This document shows, piece by piece, positions 62,091-64,000 of a stretch of 64,000 nt of DNA. Under the pieces are notes generated by a model. It was not told the origin of the DNA, did not search any database, and was given only the letters and a program-made list of their open reading frames with translations. Source of the stretch: Sulfurospirillum sp. GTDB taxonomy: Bacteria; Campylobacterota; Campylobacteria; Campylobacterales; Sulfurospirillaceae. How positions within the stretch are numbered: position 1 is the stretch's first letter; each line of letters opens with the position of its first letter. Both the position numbers and the translations under genes were made by a program. The DNA lies in assembly GCA_045047115.1 (NCBI GenBank), contig JASFYR010000019.1, positions 42,461 through 106,460 of the forward strand, in the 5' to 3' direction.

Positions 62091-62984
62091 TTATACCTCT
62101 CCCCCCTCTTTACACATAGAGAGTGCAACACCCTCTCTTAATCCGTCATCAATTACAATAGATTCGTCAAAACCTATCTCTTTCATAAGGTTTGTAACTA
62201 TCAAGATACCAGTTTTGATAAGCTCGCTTCTTCCCGTGCCACAATATCTCTCCTGCTCACTCCTGCTCATAGAGAGTATCATATCATATGCTTTTTTAAA
62301 ATCTTCTACATGTAGAGTTTTTCCATTTACTTTTTCGTGATTGTAGTGTTTGTAGTCCATATCTTGTAAAAAGGCGCAAACTGTTGTAGGAGTACCGGCA
62401 GTTGCGATGAGAAAATCAGGTTTTTTATGCTTTTTTGAAAACCTTACCAAAGGCTTTAACTCCTCTTTTATACCGCTTAAAAGATTTTGTTCATACCTCT
62501 CATAAACATTTAAAATTCCAAAAGGAAAACTTTTAGTGCTTATATTGTTGTCTTTTACATAGCTTAACTCGGTAGAGCCTCCTCCTAAATCAAAAATCGC
62601 AAAATTATCGCCTTTTATGCCCATATTTTTGAGCGATGTTTTTACTCCCAGAATTGTGTATCTTGCTTCCAAAACACCATCTATAATCTCAAAATTCAAT
62701 CCACATCTCTCTTTTATAATTTTTAACACTTTGGCAGAGTTTTTTGCAACTCTTAGGGCTTGAGTGGCTACACATTTTGTTTTATCACTTTCAAAATTTA
62801 TGATTTTTGAGGCATCTTTTAGGGCATTTAAGATATTTTGTATAGACTCTTCACTGATGAGCCCAGTTTTTTGTAAGTTTTTGCCTGTCTTTACAATTCT
62901 CTCAAATTCATTTATTCTCTTCTTGCTGCGGCAGTCAATTTGTACTATTCTTATAGTGTTTGATCCCAAATCACATCCTGTCAT
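62091..62984 (-). CDS. ppx: Ppx/GppA phosphatase family protein
   Basis: DLGSN, ATQALR.A.N, DLGGGSTE, GT.T, GLREG. Confidence 0.88.
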   Translation of the reverse strand: MTGCDLGSNTIRIVQIDCRSKKRINEFERIVKTGKNLQKTGLISEESIQNILNALKDASKIINFESDKTKCVATQALRVAKNSAKVLKIIKERCGLNFEIIDGVLEARYTILGVKTSLKNMGIKGDNFAIFDLGGGSTELSYVKDNNISTKSFPFGILNVYERYEQNLLSGIKEELKPLVRFSKKHKKPDFLIATAGTPTTVCAFLQDMDYKHYNHEKVNGKTLHVEDFKKAYDMILSMSRSEQERYCGTGRSELIKTGILIVTNLMKEIGFDESIVIDDGLREGVALSMCKEGGEV

Positions 62985-63099
62985 CTCTCTTTTATCCTCC
63001 TTAAATATACCTTTTGGTATTATATCAAATATTAAATTTATAACTGATCTTACGCACTATATCATATTTAGTCAGTGGGTAATAATAAGGAGTTTGGAA

Positions 63100-63879
63100 A
63101 TGTTTTTAGGTGTAAATATCGATCATATTGCAGTTTTAAGAGAGGCTAGAAAAATAAATGATCCAGATCCATTGGATGCTGTATCTCTTGTTAAAAGAGC
63201 CGGAGCAGATCAGATAACCATACATCTGCGTGAAGACAGGAGGCATATAAATGATTATGATGCAAAGAGAATCATAGAAAACTCACAGCTTCCTGTAAAT
63301 CTTGAGTGTGCCATAGATGATGAAATCATACAAAAAGTCATAGAGTTAATGCCACACCGTGCAACGATAGTACCGGAAAAGAGAGAAGAAGTGACAACAG
63401 AGGGCGGATTGGATGTTGTAAAAAACTACAAAATTTTACAAAATGTGGCTAAAAAACTACAAAAAAACGGTATAGAAGTCTCTTTGTTTATAGATCCGAA
63501 TCCTAGAGCAATAGAGTTATCAAAAGATATTGGAGCCGAATGGATAGAGCTTCATACCGGTTTATATTCAAATATATATGCGATGTTGTTCTCAAATCTT
63601 TCCTATACCAAGCACAGTATAAAAGAGTTAGAGTTATCGCGAGGTGAACTCAAGAGAGCGTTAAAAAAGGCACTTCTTGATTTGGCAGATTCTACAGCTT
63701 ATGCAAACAGTTTGGGTTTGAAGGTAGCTGCAGGACATGGATTGAATTATCAAAATGTAAAAGAGATATGCAAAATTGATGGTATAGTGGAGTTAAATAT
63801 AGGTCAATGTATCATAGCAAGATCAGTTTTTATTGGCTTTGAAAAAGCTGTAGTTGATATGCTGGAGTTGATAAAATAG
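63100..63879 (+). CDS. pdxJ: Pyridoxine 5'-phosphate synthase
   Basis: LGVNIDH, HLREDRRH, TTEGGLD, ELHTG, AGHGL, ELNIG; AAGGAG RBS. Confidence 0.96.
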   Translation: MFLGVNIDHIAVLREARKINDPDPLDAVSLVKRAGADQITIHLREDRRHINDYDAKRIIENSQLPVNLECAIDDEIIQKVIELMPHRATIVPEKREEVTTEGGLDVVKNYKILQNVAKKLQKNGIEVSLFIDPNPRAIELSKDIGAEWIELHTGLYSNIYAMLFSNLSYTKHSIKELELSRGELKRALKKALLDLADSTAYANSLGLKVAAGHGLNYQNVKEICKIDGIVELNIGQCIIARSVFIGFEKAVVDMLELIK

Positions 63880-63901
63880 CTTCTGTTGTGTGGATAAAGC
63901 A

Positions 63902-64000
63902 TATATTCTCGCCAAGGGCGTAGCATGAGTGCGAGGAATTTAAAAGGTCTGTTGAGATAGTATATTCTCGCCAAGGGCGTAGCATGAGTGCGAGGAATTT
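63902..64000. repeat. Two identical 40-nt direct repeats, period 59, cut by the window end
   Basis: TATATTCTCGCCAAGGGCGTAGCATGAGTGCGAGGAATTT at 63902-63941 and 63961-64000. Confidence 0.85.

Noticed and set aside
62764..63099. 112-aa N-terminal extension of PdxJ in the ORF track
   Set aside because: Overlaps ppx antisense; a good RBS and the conserved start are at 63100.
63902..64000. CRISPR array call
   Set aside because: Only two repeats, a 19-nt spacer and no cas genes visible; kept as an unclassified repeat.

Overview
AT-rich chromosomal window. Gene order and protein style (Cts pilus locus, xerH, flgA-ubiX-coaD-tmk-hisS-speA-cysE-aspB, RpoN-type flgH promoter) point to a Campylobacterota bacterium, probably free-living and Sulfurospirillum/Sulfurimonas-like (inference). 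Most of it is core housekeeping: dnaK end, dsbD, flgH, T4P/Cts cluster, era-hslUV-rplI-argG, trpD-tsaE-lptB-rpoN, murA-moeA-tRNA-Gly-flgA...aspB, lpxD-ilvHI, cobB, ppx, pdxJ. An accessory zone at about 23-46.5 kb surrounds xerH. Main observations: (1) a 1,174-bp cassette with a putative antitoxin/RelE-like toxin pair lies between two directly repeated difH-like XerH sites right in front of xerH, with attL/attR-like arm asymmetry, suggesting a minimal XerH-integrated element; (2) a complete tRNA-Gly(GCC) lies in frame, same strand, inside the apparent N-terminal coding region of flgA; (3) argG has no ATG/GTG/TTG ahead of its conserved N-terminus and appears to start at ATC; (4) a large CheB-CheR-PAS-kinase gene is broken by three single-base indels; (5) palindromic MITE-like elements sit in 5' UTRs and a 40-nt direct repeat is cut by the window end; (6) a likely three-barrel outer-membrane protein. 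All calls come from reading motifs; no database searches were run.
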